Origin: an uncultured delta proteobacterium
Lineage (GTDB): Bacteria; Myxococcota; Myxococcia; SLRQ01
Length of the DNA: 64,000 bases
Reading direction: 5' to 3'
Assembly (NCBI GenBank): GCA_963727485.1
Contig: CAVSGM010000002.1
Coordinates: forward strand, 320,001-384,000
Shown here: positions 10,752 through 21,172 of the stretch, in pieces
Layout of the letters: every line of letters starts with the position of its first letter
Position numbering within the stretch: position 1 is the stretch's first letter
The notes under the pieces: model-generated
The model's database searches: none
The model's input: only the letters and a program-made list of their open reading frames with translations
Told to the model about the DNA's origin: nothing
Position numbers and translations under genes: made by a program

Positions 10752-10989
10752 GCGTCCACAGGGTTGTCCACAGGGTTCGTGAGGGGCCCCGGCCGGCGGG
10801 CCCAGGACGGGCTTCCGAGGGGTTAGGGGACTCGTTCACAAGCTTGACGATTCCATGAAAAGCTTTTTGAAACAGTAAAGTCCATCAGGAACCTCATGCC
10901 CGTTCGAGGTGAGGTGACCTTTCTCGTCACCCGCCCCGGGCGGCCGCCGCGCGGGCCGCGTGCTGTGGACAACCTGTGGGCCGTCCACA
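10752..10989. promoter_or_regulatory. DnaA-box cluster flanking an AT-rich core
   Basis: TTGTCCACA 10764-10772 and TGTGGACAA 10964-10972; near-matches at 10752, 10832, 10975, 10981; AT-rich segment ~10850-10890. Confidence 0.65.
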
Positions 10990-11006
10990 GCCGGCGCTGA
11001 CGTACG

Positions 11007-12296
11007 TCAGCCGAGCTTCCGCCGGAGGATCAGCCGGGACAGGGCCTCGCCGACCTCCTCGGCGACCGCCTCGAGGAGGTCCCTGGGGACGCCCGCTGGG
11101 GGCCCGGGCGCCGGGGCGTCGCCGTAGAGCAGGCAGGCGATCCGGGGCCCGACGTGGACCGGGACCAGGGCGGTCCACACCGGCGCCGGGTCCAGGCGAT
11201 CGAGGAACGGATCCGTGCTCACCGGCGCCGGCGGCGGGGCGAAGTGCGGGGTGCCCGCGGCGGCGACCAGGGCCGGGAGCCCAGGGCCCCCGGTGAGGAG
11301 GCTCAGGTCCGCCAGCGCGGGCGCCAGGGCGCCGTCGGCCTGCCAGGTGGTCACCTCGCCGCCCTTGAGGGCCAGGAGCGCGGCCCGGGGGAGGCAGGCG
11401 CCGACGAAGGCCAGGGCCGCCTCGGCGACCTCGTCCCGGGAGTCGGCGCTGCGGAGCCGGGCGACCGCGAAGTCGAAGTGCTCCCGGATGGCCTCCGCGT
11501 CGAGGGCGGGCGGGGCCTCGGCAGCGGGCGGCGGCGGGGCCTCGGCAGCGGGCGGCGGCGGGGCCTCGGCAGCGGGCGGCGGCGGGGCCTCGGCAGCGGG
11601 CGGCGGCGGGGCCTCGGCAGCGGGCGGCGGCGGGGCCTCGGCAGCGGGCGGCGGCGGGGCCTCGGCGTCGCGCTCCTCGTGGGGCTTCTTGTGCGTGAGC
11701 TCCAGCACCGGCTCGGCGCCGGCGGGGCCGAAGAGCTCGGCGAGCTCCCCGCTGGCGGGCTCGATGATCTCCACGTCCACGTCCAGGTCGCGGAGGGACT
11801 CGGGCACCGGGTCGGCGTCGGGGTGGGGCAGGGGCGGCACCGGCAGGGGCGCCTCGACGTCGAGGATCCCCGGCGGCGGCGCCACCCCGTAGTACCGCTC
11901 GAGGGCCCGGAGCAGGTCGCGGAGGTCCGCGACGAGGGGCCGCACGGGCATCCCCACCCGGCGCGCCAGCTCGGTCCGCGCCGCGGTGTCCCAGGGATCG
12001 GCGAAGGCCACGGCGAGCTCGCCCCCGGCGTCCATCAGGGGCACCACCCGGTGCCGGGCCGCGAGCTCGGCCCCGACCCGGTCGACGATCTCCGGGGGGA
12101 TGGCCTGGAGGAGGGCGGGGCGGGCCACGGGCATGCCCGCCCGGGCGGCGGCCTCGACGACGGTCCGGGGATCGGCACCGCCGGCCACGAGCCGCACCGC
12201 GACCTCGGACGGGGAGGGCTCCCCGGCCTCGGCCCGGGTCCGGTCCGCCGGGGTCACCACCCCGGCGTCCACGAGGACTTCGGCGAGCCGGCTCAT
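11007..12296 (-). CDS. MshEN/GspE-N domain protein with Pro-rich linker and GAF-like C-terminal domain
   Basis: SRLAEVLVDAGVV; ARHRVVPL...LAVAFADP...VRPLVA (T2SSE_N-like); no ATPase domain. Confidence 0.75.
   Translation of the reverse strand: MSRLAEVLVDAGVVTPADRTRAEAGEPSPSEVAVRLVAGGADPRTVVEAAARAGMPVARPALLQAIPPEIVDRVGAELAARHRVVPLMDAGGELAVAFADPWDTAARTELARRVGMPVRPLVADLRDLLRALERYYGVAPPPGILDVEAPLPVPPLPHPDADPVPESLRDLDVDVEIIEPASGELAELFGPAGAEPVLELTHKKPHEERDAEAPPPPAAEAPPPPAAEAPPPPAAEAPPPPAAEAPPPPAAEAPPPPAAEAPPALDAEAIREHFDFAVARLRSADSRDEVAEAALAFVGACLPRAALLALKGGEVTTWQADGALAPALADLSLLTGGPGLPALVAAAGTPHFAPPPAPVSTDPFLDRLDPAPVWTALVPVHVGPRIACLLYGDAPAPGPPAGVPRDLLEAVAEEVGEALSRLILRRKLG
11512..11666. repeat. Perfect 24-bp coding tandem repeat, 6 full copies plus a partial copy
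   Basis: Unit GGGGCCTCGGCAGCGGGCGGCGGC; encodes (APPPPAAE)n on the - strand. Confidence 0.95.
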
Positions 12297-12406
12297 GGCA
12301 GCGTGCTGATCCCCTTGTACGGACGAGGTTTCGGGTCCACGCTCCCATCTGACGGGTCGCGCGGTCGCCGTGTCAAGGCGTCCCCTCATGGTAGCTTCCC
12401 CCGGTC

Positions 12407-13617
12407 ATGGCGAGGATTCTGCACATTGGCGGTGGGGCGGGCCAGCAGGCCCTGGTCCGGCGCCTCCTCGAGGACGACGGCCACGGGGTGGTGAGCACCG
12501 ACGATCCCCGGGACGGGGTCGCCATCGCCCTGCGGGAGAAGCCGCAGCTCATCCTCCTCGACATGGAGACCACCGGCGTCGACGGCTACGAGGTCGCCGC
12601 CCGGCTCCGGGGGCGCGCCGAGCTCGAGGGGATCCCCATCGTGACCCTCTCCGAGCCCGAGGATCGCGACCTGGCCCTGTCCATCGGCTGCGACGGCTGC
12701 CTCGACAAGCCCCTCGATCCCACCCGCTTCCCCAAGCGGATCCGGGCCTTCCTCCGGGGCAAGCGCGAGCGCATCCGGGGGGCGGTGCAGCGGCGGACCC
12801 TCCAGGCCTACAGCCGCAGCCTGGTGGAGAAGCTCGAGCACAAGGTCGTCGAGCTGACCATCGCCAACCAGCGCCTCCGCCAGGCCGACGAGCTCAAGAA
12901 CCGGGTCTTCGAGAACGTCTCCAGCGAGCTGGCGACGCCGCTCACGCCCCTCCTCGGCTACCTCTCGCTCCTCGACAGCGGGCGGCTCGGGCCCCTCAAC
13001 CGGCGCCAGCGCCGGGCGGTCACGGCGGTCCACCAGCAGGTCCGGCGCCTCACCCGCACCGTCGACCACCTCATCGATCTCGCGAGCCTCCAGGACGCGG
13101 GGATGCCGGTGCAGCGCATCGAGGTCGACGCCTGCCAGGTGGCCCGGGACGCCCGGCTGGCGGTGGGGGCGGCGGCGCGGAGCCGGCGGATCCAGCTCGA
13201 CCTCCACCTCCCCCCCGAGGCCCTGCCGGTGCGCGTCGACGAGGCCCGCCTGCGCCAGGCCGTCGTCCGGCTCCTCGACAACGCCCTGCGCTTCACCCCC
13301 CGGGGGGGCTACGTCCTGGTGGAGGTGGTGGGCGAGGACCGCCACGTGACCGTCTCGGTCTACGACTCCGGCGAGGTGGTCCCCGGCGAGCTCCAGGGCC
13401 AGGCCTTCGAGCCCTTCGCCACCCCCGGCCGCCAGAGCGCCGACGGCATCCCGCGCCCCGATCTCGGCCTCGCCCTGGCGCGCCGGGTCGCCGAGGCCCA
13501 CGGGGGCACCACCACCATCGAGAGCCCCCCCGATCGCACCCTGACAGCCCCCACGACTACCCCGGGGTCAAGGTGAGCCTCATCATCCCCCGGCAGCCAC
13601 CGGCCCCCGGCGCGTGA
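12407..13617 (+). CDS. Receiver-HisKA-HATPase hybrid, degenerate (probable frameshift in C-run ~13525; otherwise stops at 13576)
   Basis: PQLILLDM receiver, LDKP, H-box region ENVSSELATPL, LLDNALRFT N-box, VYDSG, FEPF, LGLALARRVAEAHGG. Confidence 0.85.
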
Positions 13618-13661
13618 GGCGCGTTGACGCGCGAGCCCTGGGATAGCTAGATAGGGCCGCC

Positions 13662-14760
13662 GTGCCCAATCGCAGCGACATGCCCCTGGCCCTGGTGGCC
13701 ATGAGCGGCGGCGTCGACTCCTCGGTGGCGGCGGCGATCCTCGCCGCCTCCGGGGATCACGACGTCGCCGGGATCACCCTGCGCCTCGCCGACGACCCCG
13801 ACACCGACGGCGAGCGCGCGCGCCGCACCTGCTGCGCCCCCGACGACGTCGCCGACGCCCGGCGGGTCGCCGCGCGCCTGGGCATCGCCCACTATGTGCT
13901 CGCCTACACCGAGGTCTTCGAGCGCGAGGTGGTCACGCCCTTCGTCGCCGCCTATGCCAGCGGCCGCACCCCCAACCCCTGCGTCCTGTGCAACGCCCGG
14001 GTGAAGTTCGATCCCCTCCTGCGCCGGGCCGAGGGCCTGGGCGCCGAGATCCTCGCCACCGGCCACTACGCCCGGGTCGACCGGGACGCCGCCGGCCGCT
14101 ACCACCTCCGGCGCGCCGCCGATCCGGCCAAGGACCAGAGCTACTTCCTCTACGGCCTCTCCCAGGAGGCCCTGGCCCGGGTGCGCTTCCCCCTCGGCGG
14201 GCTCACCAAGGACGTGGTGCGCCAGCGGGCCCGGGCGCTGGGCCTCGTCACCGCCGACAAGCCCGACAGCCAGGAGATTCTGCTTCGTGGGCCGCCGGGG
14301 CTACGCCGAGGTCGTCGCCCGCCGGGGCGGCGGCCAGCCCCCGGGCGAGGTGGTCCACCTCGACGGCACCGTCCTCGGGCGCCACGAGGGCGTCCACCGC
14401 TACACCGTGGGCCAGCGCCGGGGCCTGGGCATCGCCGCCGCCGAGCCCCTCTACGTGATCGGCGTCGACGCCCGCCGCCGCGAGGTGGTGGTCGGCCCCC
14501 GGGCGGCCCTGGAGCGGTCGCGACTCCGCCTCGACCAGGTCACCTGGGTCGGCGTGCCGCCCACCGCGGATCGCCCGCTCACCGTGCAGGTCCGCCACCG
14601 CCACGCCGGGGTCCCGGGGAGGGTGGCGAACCTCGACGCCGACCGGTGCGAGCTCGATCTCGCCGAGCCGGTCTCGGCGGCGGCGCCGGGGCAGGCGGTG
14701 GTCCTCTACGACGCCGACGAGGTCGTGGGCGGCGGCACCCTGGTGGAGGCCGCGGCATGA
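13662..14760 (+). CDS. mnmA: tRNA 2-thiouridylase MnmA (frameshift ~14279)
   Basis: [42 protein letters not shown] after correction, [19 protein letters not shown]. Confidence 0.95.
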
Positions 14761-15524
14761 CCCCCGAGGAGATCCAGCGCGTCGAGACCCTGGAGGCCCG
14801 GGTGGGCTACGCCTTCCCCGACCGGAGCCTCGCCCTCACCGCGCTCACCCACAAGAGCTGGGTGAACGAGAACCGCGACGCCGGCTGGGAGGACAACGAG
14901 CGCCTGGAGTTCCTCGGTGACGCGGTGGTCGACCTGGCGGTGAGCTGGCGGCTCATGGAGCACCTCCCCGAGGCCCGCGAGGGGGAGATGTCCCGGATCC
15001 GGGCGAGCCTGGTGAGCACCGACGCCCTGGCCCCGGTGGCCCGGGAGCTCGGCCTCGGCGACATCCTCCGCCTGGGCAAGGGCGAGGAGGCCACCGGCGG
15101 CCGCACCAAGCAGAGCCTGCTCGCCAACACCGTGGAGGCGGTGGTGGGGGCCGTCTACCTCGCCGACGGCCTGGGGCCGGTGATGGACTTCGTCGACCGC
15201 TTCCTCCTCTCACGCCTCGACCTCTCGGCGCCCCTGGGGAGCGTCCGGGACTACAAGACCCGGCTCCAGGAGCAGGCCCAGGCCCAGCTCTCGGCGGTGC
15301 CCCGGTACAAGATCGTCGGCGAGAACGGCCCCGACCACGCGAAGGTCTTCGAGGTCGCCGTGGTCATCGGCGGCAAGCCCCACGGCCGGGGCACGGGCCG
15401 GAGCAAGAAGGAGGCGGAGCAGGCGGCGGCGAGGCAGGCCCTCACCGCCCTCGCCGAGGCGCCCGAGCCCGCCGATGCCCCCACGGCCGCCGACCCCGAC
15501 GCCCCCAAGGAGCCCACCCCATGA
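14757..15524 (+). CDS. rnc: Ribonuclease III
   Basis: [17 protein letters not shown], ds[11 protein letters not shown]...[16 protein letters not shown] overlap with mnmA. Confidence 0.96.
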   Translation: MTPEEIQRVETLEARVGYAFPDRSLALTALTHKSWVNENRDAGWEDNERLEFLGDAVVDLAVSWRLMEHLPEAREGEMSRIRASLVSTDALAPVARELGLGDILRLGKGEEATGGRTKQSLLANTVEAVVGAVYLADGLGPVMDFVDRFLLSRLDLSAPLGSVRDYKTRLQEQAQAQLSAVPRYKIVGENGPDHAKVFEVAVVIGGKPHGRGTGRSKKEAEQAAARQALTALAEAPEPADAPTAADPDAPKEPTP

Positions 15525-16285
15525 GCCACCCCCGGATCCCCACCGCCCTCGCCCTGCTCCTCGCCACCACCCTGCTGGCCGGCTGCCCCCCCAAGCCGGG
15601 GGCCAAGGGCACCGACGCCGGGACCGCCAAGGCCACGCCCGCCGCCGACGCCGGCGCGGTCGCCGCCAACTCCGGGAAGGCCGCCCCCGACGCCGGGACC
15701 GCCGAGGTCAAGCTGGGCCCGCCGACCCTGACCCCCGAGGCGCTCGTCCCGGGCAAGGGCAAGCTCTACGCCGTCCTCGACACCTCCATGGGGAAGATCG
15801 TCTGCGTCCTCTTCGAGAAGGCCGCGCCCCTGGCGGTGGCCAACTTCGTCGCCCTCGCCACCGGGCAGCAGACCTACCGTGACCCGCGCACCGACGCGGT
15901 GACCAAGGGCCGCTACTACGACGGGACCATCTTCCACCGGGTGATCCCCAAGTTCATGATCCAGGGCGGCGACCCCACGGGCACCGGCGTGGGCAACCCG
16001 GGTTACGTGTTCAAGGACGAGAAGGAGAAGCTCACCTTCAACCGCACGGGGCGCCTGGCCATGGCGAACTCGGGGCCCAACACCAACGGCTCCCAGTTCT
16101 TCATCACCGACTCCAAGCCGACCTACCTGAACCACCACTACACGATCTTCGGCCAGGTCCTCTCGGGGCAGCAGGTGGTCAAGGCCATCAGCCACGTGAA
16201 GACCGGCTTCGGCAACCGGCCGGTGACCCCCGTGACCCTCAAGCACGTGAAGATCGTCCGGGCGGCCCACCCGCCGAAGCCCTGA
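15521..16285 (+). CDS. Cyclophilin-type peptidyl-prolyl isomerase, lipoprotein
   Basis: Lipobox [42 protein letters not shown]. Confidence 0.93.
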   Translation: MSHPRIPTALALLLATTLLAGCPPKPGAKGTDAGTAKATPAADAGAVAANSGKAAPDAGTAEVKLGPPTLTPEALVPGKGKLYAVLDTSMGKIVCVLFEKAAPLAVANFVALATGQQTYRDPRTDAVTKGRYYDGTIFHRVIPKFMIQGGDPTGTGVGNPGYVFKDEKEKLTFNRTGRLAMANSGPNTNGSQFFITDSKPTYLNHHYTIFGQVLSGQQVVKAISHVKTGFGNRPVTPVTLKHVKIVRAAHPPKP

Positions 16286-16308
16286 CCCGGCGCGCCTCGG
16301 AGACCCGC

Positions 16309-17304
16309 ATGACCGACCCTGACGACGCGCCCGAGGTGGGCGAGGACACGCTCCCCGAGGACGCCGAGGGCGACTTCCGGGCGGGCTTCGTGGCCCTCAT
16401 CGGCCAGCCCAACGTGGGCAAGTCCACCTTGCTCAACCGCCTGGTGGGCGAGGCGATCGCCATCGCCACCCCCAAGCCCCAGACCACCCGCAACCGGATC
16501 CTGGGCATCTACAACGACCCCGAGCGGCAGATCGCCTTCCTCGACACCCCGGGGATCCACGCCGGCGGCGGGGGCCTGAACCGGTACATGGTCGACCAGG
16601 CCCTCTCGACCCTCTCGGAGGTCGACGTGGTGCTGCTCCTGGTCGACGCCGCCCGGCGCCTCAAGGGCGCGCGGGAGGACCGGCCCGAGATCGCCGTGGA
16701 CCCGGTGGACCAGGAGATCGTCGGGCACCTGGCGGGGAGCGGGAAGCCCGCGATCCTCGCCCTCAACAAGGTCGACGCCGTGCCCCGGGCCCTGGTCCTG
16801 CCCCTCATCGAGGCCTACAAGGACCTCCACCCCTGGCACGCGGTCTACCCCCTCTCGGCGAAGACCGGGGAGAACGTCGCCGGCCTGCCCGCGGTCCTCG
16901 GCGAGCTGCTGCCCGAGTCGCCGCCGATGTTCCCCCCGGACGTGTTCACCGACCAGGCCGAGCGCTTCCTCGCCGCCGAGTACGTCCGGGAGGCCGTCAT
17001 CCGCCACACCCGCCAGGAGGTCCCCTACGCCACCGCCGTGCAGGTGCTCCTCTTCGACGAGAGCGAGCGCGAGGGCCGCAAGGAGGGCCTGGTGCGCATC
17101 GAGGCCAACGTGGTGGTGGAGCGGGACAGCCAGAAGGCCATCGTCATCGGCAAGGGCGGGTCGATGCTCAAGAAGATCGGCGCCGACGCGCGCAAGCGCC
17201 TGGAGCGCCTCCTCGGAGCCAGGGTGTGGCTCGGCCTCCACGTGCGCGTGGAGAAGGACTGGACGCGGACCCCCAAGGGGCTGCGAAAGCTGGGGTACGA
17301 GTGA
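16309..17304 (+). CDS. era: GTPase Era
   Basis: GQPNVGKST, PQTTR, DTPG, NKVD, KH domain VIGKGGSMLKKIG. Confidence 0.97.
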   Translation: MTDPDDAPEVGEDTLPEDAEGDFRAGFVALIGQPNVGKSTLLNRLVGEAIAIATPKPQTTRNRILGIYNDPERQIAFLDTPGIHAGGGGLNRYMVDQALSTLSEVDVVLLLVDAARRLKGAREDRPEIAVDPVDQEIVGHLAGSGKPAILALNKVDAVPRALVLPLIEAYKDLHPWHAVYPLSAKTGENVAGLPAVLGELLPESPPMFPPDVFTDQAERFLAAEYVREAVIRHTRQEVPYATAVQVLLFDESEREGRKEGLVRIEANVVVERDSQKAIVIGKGGSMLKKIGADARKRLERLLGARVWLGLHVRVEKDWTRTPKGLRKLGYE

Positions 17305-18647
17305 AGCCCTTGGTCGCCATCGTGGGTCGCCCCAACGTGGGCAAGTCGACCCTCTTCAACCGCATCGTCGGCCGGCGCCTGGCCATCGTCGAGGACGTGC
17401 CCGGGGTGACCCGGGACCGCCACTACGCCGAGGTCGAGTGGGTCGGGAAGGCCTTCCTCCTGGTGGACACCGGCGGCTTCGAGCCCGACACCGACGACAC
17501 CCTGCTCGCCGGGATGCGCCAGCAGGCCCAGCTCGCCGTGGAGGAGGCCCAGGCCATCGTCCTGGTGGTCGACGCCATGGAGGGGGTCACCGCCGCCGAC
17601 GTCGAGGTCGCCGCCTATCTGCGGCGCTCCGGCCGGCCGGTGATCGTCGCCGCCAACAAGGTCGACTCGATGCGGCGCGCCGAGGAGACCTCGGAGCTGG
17701 CCGAGACCCACGCCCTGGGCTTCGAGGTCTTCGCCATCTCCGCCGAGCACGGCAAGGGGATCGGCGACCTCCTCGACGCGGTCGTCGCCCAGGTGGAGGC
17801 CCCGGCGGACGTCGAGCCCCCCGAGGCCGACGCCGAGGCCTGCCGGGTGGCGGTCCTGGGGCGGCCCAACGTGGGCAAGTCGACCCTGGTGAACCGGCTC
17901 CTGGGCGAGGACCGCTTCCTCGCCACCGACGTCGCCGGCACCACCCGGGACAGCATCGACGCCACCCTCAAGTACCGGGGGCGGACCTTCGTCCTCACCG
18001 ACACCGCGGGCATCCGCCGCAAGCGCAGCATCACCCAGGCCCTGGAGCGCTACACGGTGGTACGGGCCCTCAAGACCGTCGAGCGCTCGGACGTGGTGGT
18101 GCTGGTGATGGACGCCACCGAGCCGGTGGTCGCCCAGGAGGCGCGCCTGGCGTCCATGGCCCTGGAGCAGGGGCGGGGGCTGGTCTTCGCCCTGAACAAG
18201 TGGGACCTGGTCCGGGGCGAGGAGGCCGCCGCCGACGCCCTGCGCCAGAAGGTCGCCGAGGCCCTGCCCGACATGCGCCACGTCCCGGTGGTGCTCCTCT
18301 CGGCCCTCGAGGGCAAGCGGGTGTTCACCCTGCTGGAGACCGTCTCCGCGACCTGCGACGAGCTCCGGCGCCGGGTGCCGACCCCCGAGCTCAACCGGTG
18401 GCTGGAGGCGGTGACCTCCGAGCGGCCCCCGCCGATCTTCAAGGGCAAGCCGGTCCGCCTCCTCTACGTCCGGCAGGTGGGCGAGTCGCCGCCGGTCTTC
18501 GTCCTCACCGTCAGCCGCCCCGAGGCGATCTCCGAGGCCTACAAGCGCTTCCTCCTCAACCGCATCCGGGCGTCCTTCGGCTTCCCGGGGGTGCCCCTGC
18601 GCCTGTCGCTCCGGTCCCGGCGTCCCGACCGGAAGCCCGGGCGCTAG
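17301..18647 (+). CDS. der: Ribosome biogenesis GTPase Der
   Basis: Two tandem G domains (GRPNVGKSTL twice), GVTRDR, GTTRDSID; GTGA overlap with era. Confidence 0.97.
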   Translation: MKPLVAIVGRPNVGKSTLFNRIVGRRLAIVEDVPGVTRDRHYAEVEWVGKAFLLVDTGGFEPDTDDTLLAGMRQQAQLAVEEAQAIVLVVDAMEGVTAADVEVAAYLRRSGRPVIVAANKVDSMRRAEETSELAETHALGFEVFAISAEHGKGIGDLLDAVVAQVEAPADVEPPEADAEACRVAVLGRPNVGKSTLVNRLLGEDRFLATDVAGTTRDSIDATLKYRGRTFVLTDTAGIRRKRSITQALERYTVVRALKTVERSDVVVLVMDATEPVVAQEARLASMALEQGRGLVFALNKWDLVRGEEAAADALRQKVAEALPDMRHVPVVLLSALEGKRVFTLLETVSATCDELRRRVPTPELNRWLEAVTSERPPPIFKGKPVRLLYVRQVGESPPVFVLTVSRPEAISEAYKRFLLNRIRASFGFPGVPLRLSLRSRRPDRKPGR

Positions 18648-19177
18648 AAGGCCCAGGAGACCCGGACGCTGTAGGCTGCGAGGAGCGGGAAGGGCGCCTG
18701 CCCATCGAGGACGCCCAGGTAGCGCAGGTCGCCGCCGATGGCGAAGCCCTGGTGGGGGGCGCGGGTCCACCAGTCCACCGAGAGGCCCAGCTCGTAGGCC
18801 GGGTGGAAGGTGGCGGTTGCGTCCGGAGCACCCACCAGGAGGGCGCCGAGCCCCGCGCGGAGCACCGGGACCAGCCGGCCGATGTCCAGGCGCCACTCGC
18901 CGACCAGGGCGGCGCTGTCGAGGCCGTACTGGTCGATCGAGGCCCCGGCGTCGTGGCTGGAGCTGGCGACGAGGAGCCCGACGGCGAGCTGGGGCGTCAG
19001 GGGGACCGCCGCCTCCAGGGAGAACCCGACGCTCCCGGGGAGGTCGGTGCCCACTGGGAGATAGGCCCCGGTGGCCGCGGAGACCTCCACCCCCAGGGAC
19101 GGACCGCGGGCATACGCCGGCACGACCGCCGCGGCGGCGAGGACGGGGAGCAGGAGCCGGGCGGCAAGCGTTGACAC
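18644..19177 (-). CDS. Hypothetical secreted protein, possible small outer-membrane beta-barrel
   Basis: Signal-like N-terminus, alternating beta-strand pattern, C-terminal RVSWAF. Confidence 0.55.
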   Translation of the reverse strand: MSTLAARLLLPVLAAAAVVPAYARGPSLGVEVSAATGAYLPVGTDLPGSVGFSLEAAVPLTPQLAVGLLVASSSHDAGASIDQYGLDSAALVGEWRLDIGRLVPVLRAGLGALLVGAPDATATFHPAYELGLSVDWWTRAPHQGFAIGGDLRYLGVLDGQAPFPLLAAYSVRVSWAF

Positions 19178-19200
19178 GGGACCGAGGGCGTCTTTATAAC
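19171..19200 (+). promoter_or_regulatory. Sigma70 promoter for yfgM-bamB
   Basis: TTGACA (19171), 18 bp, TATAAC (19195). Confidence 0.6.
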
Positions 19201-19239
19201 CGCGTGCCTTTTCGCGCCACATTTCAGGGGAGTTCCCTT

Positions 19240-20025
19240 TTGGCCACAGCCAAGAAGCTCACACGCAAGGCGCTCAAGCGACCCGACGAGTTCCAGCAGA
19301 AGGGTCGCACCGCCGTCGAGTGGATCACCGAGCACGGCCGCCTGGTCGGCATCGTCAGCGCCGTGGCGGTGGTCGTCGGCGTCGGCATCGCGCTCACCTT
19401 GTGGACCGTGCAGCACCACGCCCAGACCGCGGCCGACGCCCTCGGCGACGCCCTGTCCCTGGCCCAGCGCCCGGTCACCAAGACCCCGCCGCCGGGGGAG
19501 AAGGCGTTCCCGACCAAGGACGCCCGGGACGCCGCCTACCGCAAGGCCCTCGAGGGGGTCCGCAAGGACCACGCCGGGACCGCCGCCGCCGCCGGGGCCG
19601 CCCTGCAGCTCGGCAACCTCGACTTCTCCCAGAAGCACTACGACGCCGCGGTGAAGGCCTACCAGGACTACCTCTCCGAGGCCGCGAAGGACGCGCCGTT
19701 CCGCTTCGCCGCCCTCGAGGGGATCGGGCTGGCCTACGAGGCCAAGGGCGAGAACGACAAGGCCCTGGCCGCCTACAAGCGCCTGGTCGCCGAGGGGAAC
19801 GCCTTCTTCAAGCCCTTCGCCCTGGTGCGCGAGGCCCGTGTCCTGGTGGCCCTGGGCAAGCCCGAGGCCGCCCGGAGCGCCGCCCAGAAGGTCCTCGACG
19901 ACTTCGCCACCTCCCCGGCCCACACCGCCGCCGAGCAGCTCCTCGACGGCCTGCCCCCGGCGCCGGAGACCGGGGCGGCCAAGGGCGCCACCGCGGGCGC
20001 GACCGGGAAGAAGCAGGAGGGGTAG
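19240..20025 (+). CDS. YfgM-like membrane-anchored TPR protein
   Basis: TTG start; LKRPDEFQ motif, single TM helix, TPR helices; precedes a BamB-like gene. Confidence 0.78.
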   Translation: MATAKKLTRKALKRPDEFQQKGRTAVEWITEHGRLVGIVSAVAVVVGVGIALTLWTVQHHAQTAADALGDALSLAQRPVTKTPPPGEKAFPTKDARDAAYRKALEGVRKDHAGTAAAAGAALQLGNLDFSQKHYDAAVKAYQDYLSEAAKDAPFRFAALEGIGLAYEAKGENDKALAAYKRLVAEGNAFFKPFALVREARVLVALGKPEAARSAAQKVLDDFATSPAHTAAEQLLDGLPPAPETGAAKGATAGATGKKQEG

Positions 20026-20028
20026 GGC

Positions 20029-21168
20029 GTGCGTCCCCGCCTCCTCCCGGCGCTGGGCCTGGCGCTCGCCACCGGCTGCGCGCCGATGCTCTCGGGCCAG
20101 GTGGCCCCGGCGGCCCCGGGCGCGCCGGTCAAGGTCACCCCGTCCACCCAGCGACTCCAGGTGGTGTGGCACGGTCGGGTCGCCTCCCCGGCGCTTTTGG
20201 CCTACGCCCCCCGGGAGCGCGCCCAGCCGGTCTGGGACGCCGAGCGCCGGTGGATCTACGTCGGCGATCACCAGGGGGTGGTCCACGCCCTCGACCGCCT
20301 CGGCCACGAGCAGTGGACCTTCCACGCCGACGGCGACATCGAGACCGGGATGCGCCTCCACGGCGACGACCTCTTCGTGGTCACCGCCAAGGGCAAGGTC
20401 TACGGCCTCGACGCCCTCACCGGGAAGAAGAAGTGGGTCTACACCGGGGAGGCGGAGCTGGGGACCCGACCCACCTGGGCCGACGGGACCCTCCTGGTGC
20501 CCAGCCTCGCCAACACCATCACCGCCCTCGACGCCCGGACCGGCAAGTTCAAGTGGTTCCACCGGGGGCCGGCGCCGGGCGATCTCTCCATCCGCGGGGC
20601 CGCCGGGGTGGCCGTCGAGGGGGGCCGGGCGATCACCGGCTTCAGCGACGGCACGGTGGTGGCCCTGAAGGTCGACGACGGCAGCACCCTCTGGTCCCGG
20701 ACCTTCGGGGGCAAGGGCCAGTTCGTCGACATCGACACCACGCCGGTCATCTTCCAGGGCCTGGTGTACGTGGCGTCCTACGGCCAGTCGCTCCTGGCCC
20801 TCGAGCTGGCCACGGGCAAGACCGCCTGGCAGCAGCCGGCGATCCCCGGGATCATCCATCTGCGGCGGGTCGGCAACATGCTCGTGGGCCTGGCCTCCAA
20901 CCAGGCCGCCGGGTACCGCCTCGTCGACGGCCGGCAGGACTGGGAGGTCCGGTTCACCGGGGGGGTGCCCAGCGTCCCCGCCGTCACCGGAGGCCGGGTG
21001 GTCTTCGGCACCGAGACCGGGCCCCTCTACGCGCTCTCCGCCAAGGACGGGCGCCCGGAGACCACCTTCGCCCCGGGGACCGGGATCACCGCGGGCCCGG
21101 CCCGGACCGACGACGGACTCTGGGTCTGGTCCAACGGCGGCTACCTCTACCGCCTCGCCTGGAGGTAG
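20029..21168 (+). CDS. bamB: PQQ-repeat beta-propeller lipoprotein, BamB-like
   Basis: Lipobox ATGC; repeated ALDxxTGKxxW; FVDIDTTPV. Confidence 0.75.
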   Translation: MRPRLLPALGLALATGCAPMLSGQVAPAAPGAPVKVTPSTQRLQVVWHGRVASPALLAYAPRERAQPVWDAERRWIYVGDHQGVVHALDRLGHEQWTFHADGDIETGMRLHGDDLFVVTAKGKVYGLDALTGKKKWVYTGEAELGTRPTWADGTLLVPSLANTITALDARTGKFKWFHRGPAPGDLSIRGAAGVAVEGGRAITGFSDGTVVALKVDDGSTLWSRTFGGKGQFVDIDTTPVIFQGLVYVASYGQSLLALELATGKTAWQQPAIPGIIHLRRVGNMLVGLASNQAAGYRLVDGRQDWEVRFTGGVPSVPAVTGGRVVFGTETGPLYALSAKDGRPETTFAPGTGITAGPARTDDGLWVWSNGGYLYRLAWR

Positions 21169-21172
21169 GGCC

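Noticed and set aside
13662..15524. Apparent MnmA-RNase III fusion ORF
   Set aside because: Caused by the frameshift at ~14279; rnc has its own ATG overlapping the mnmA stop.
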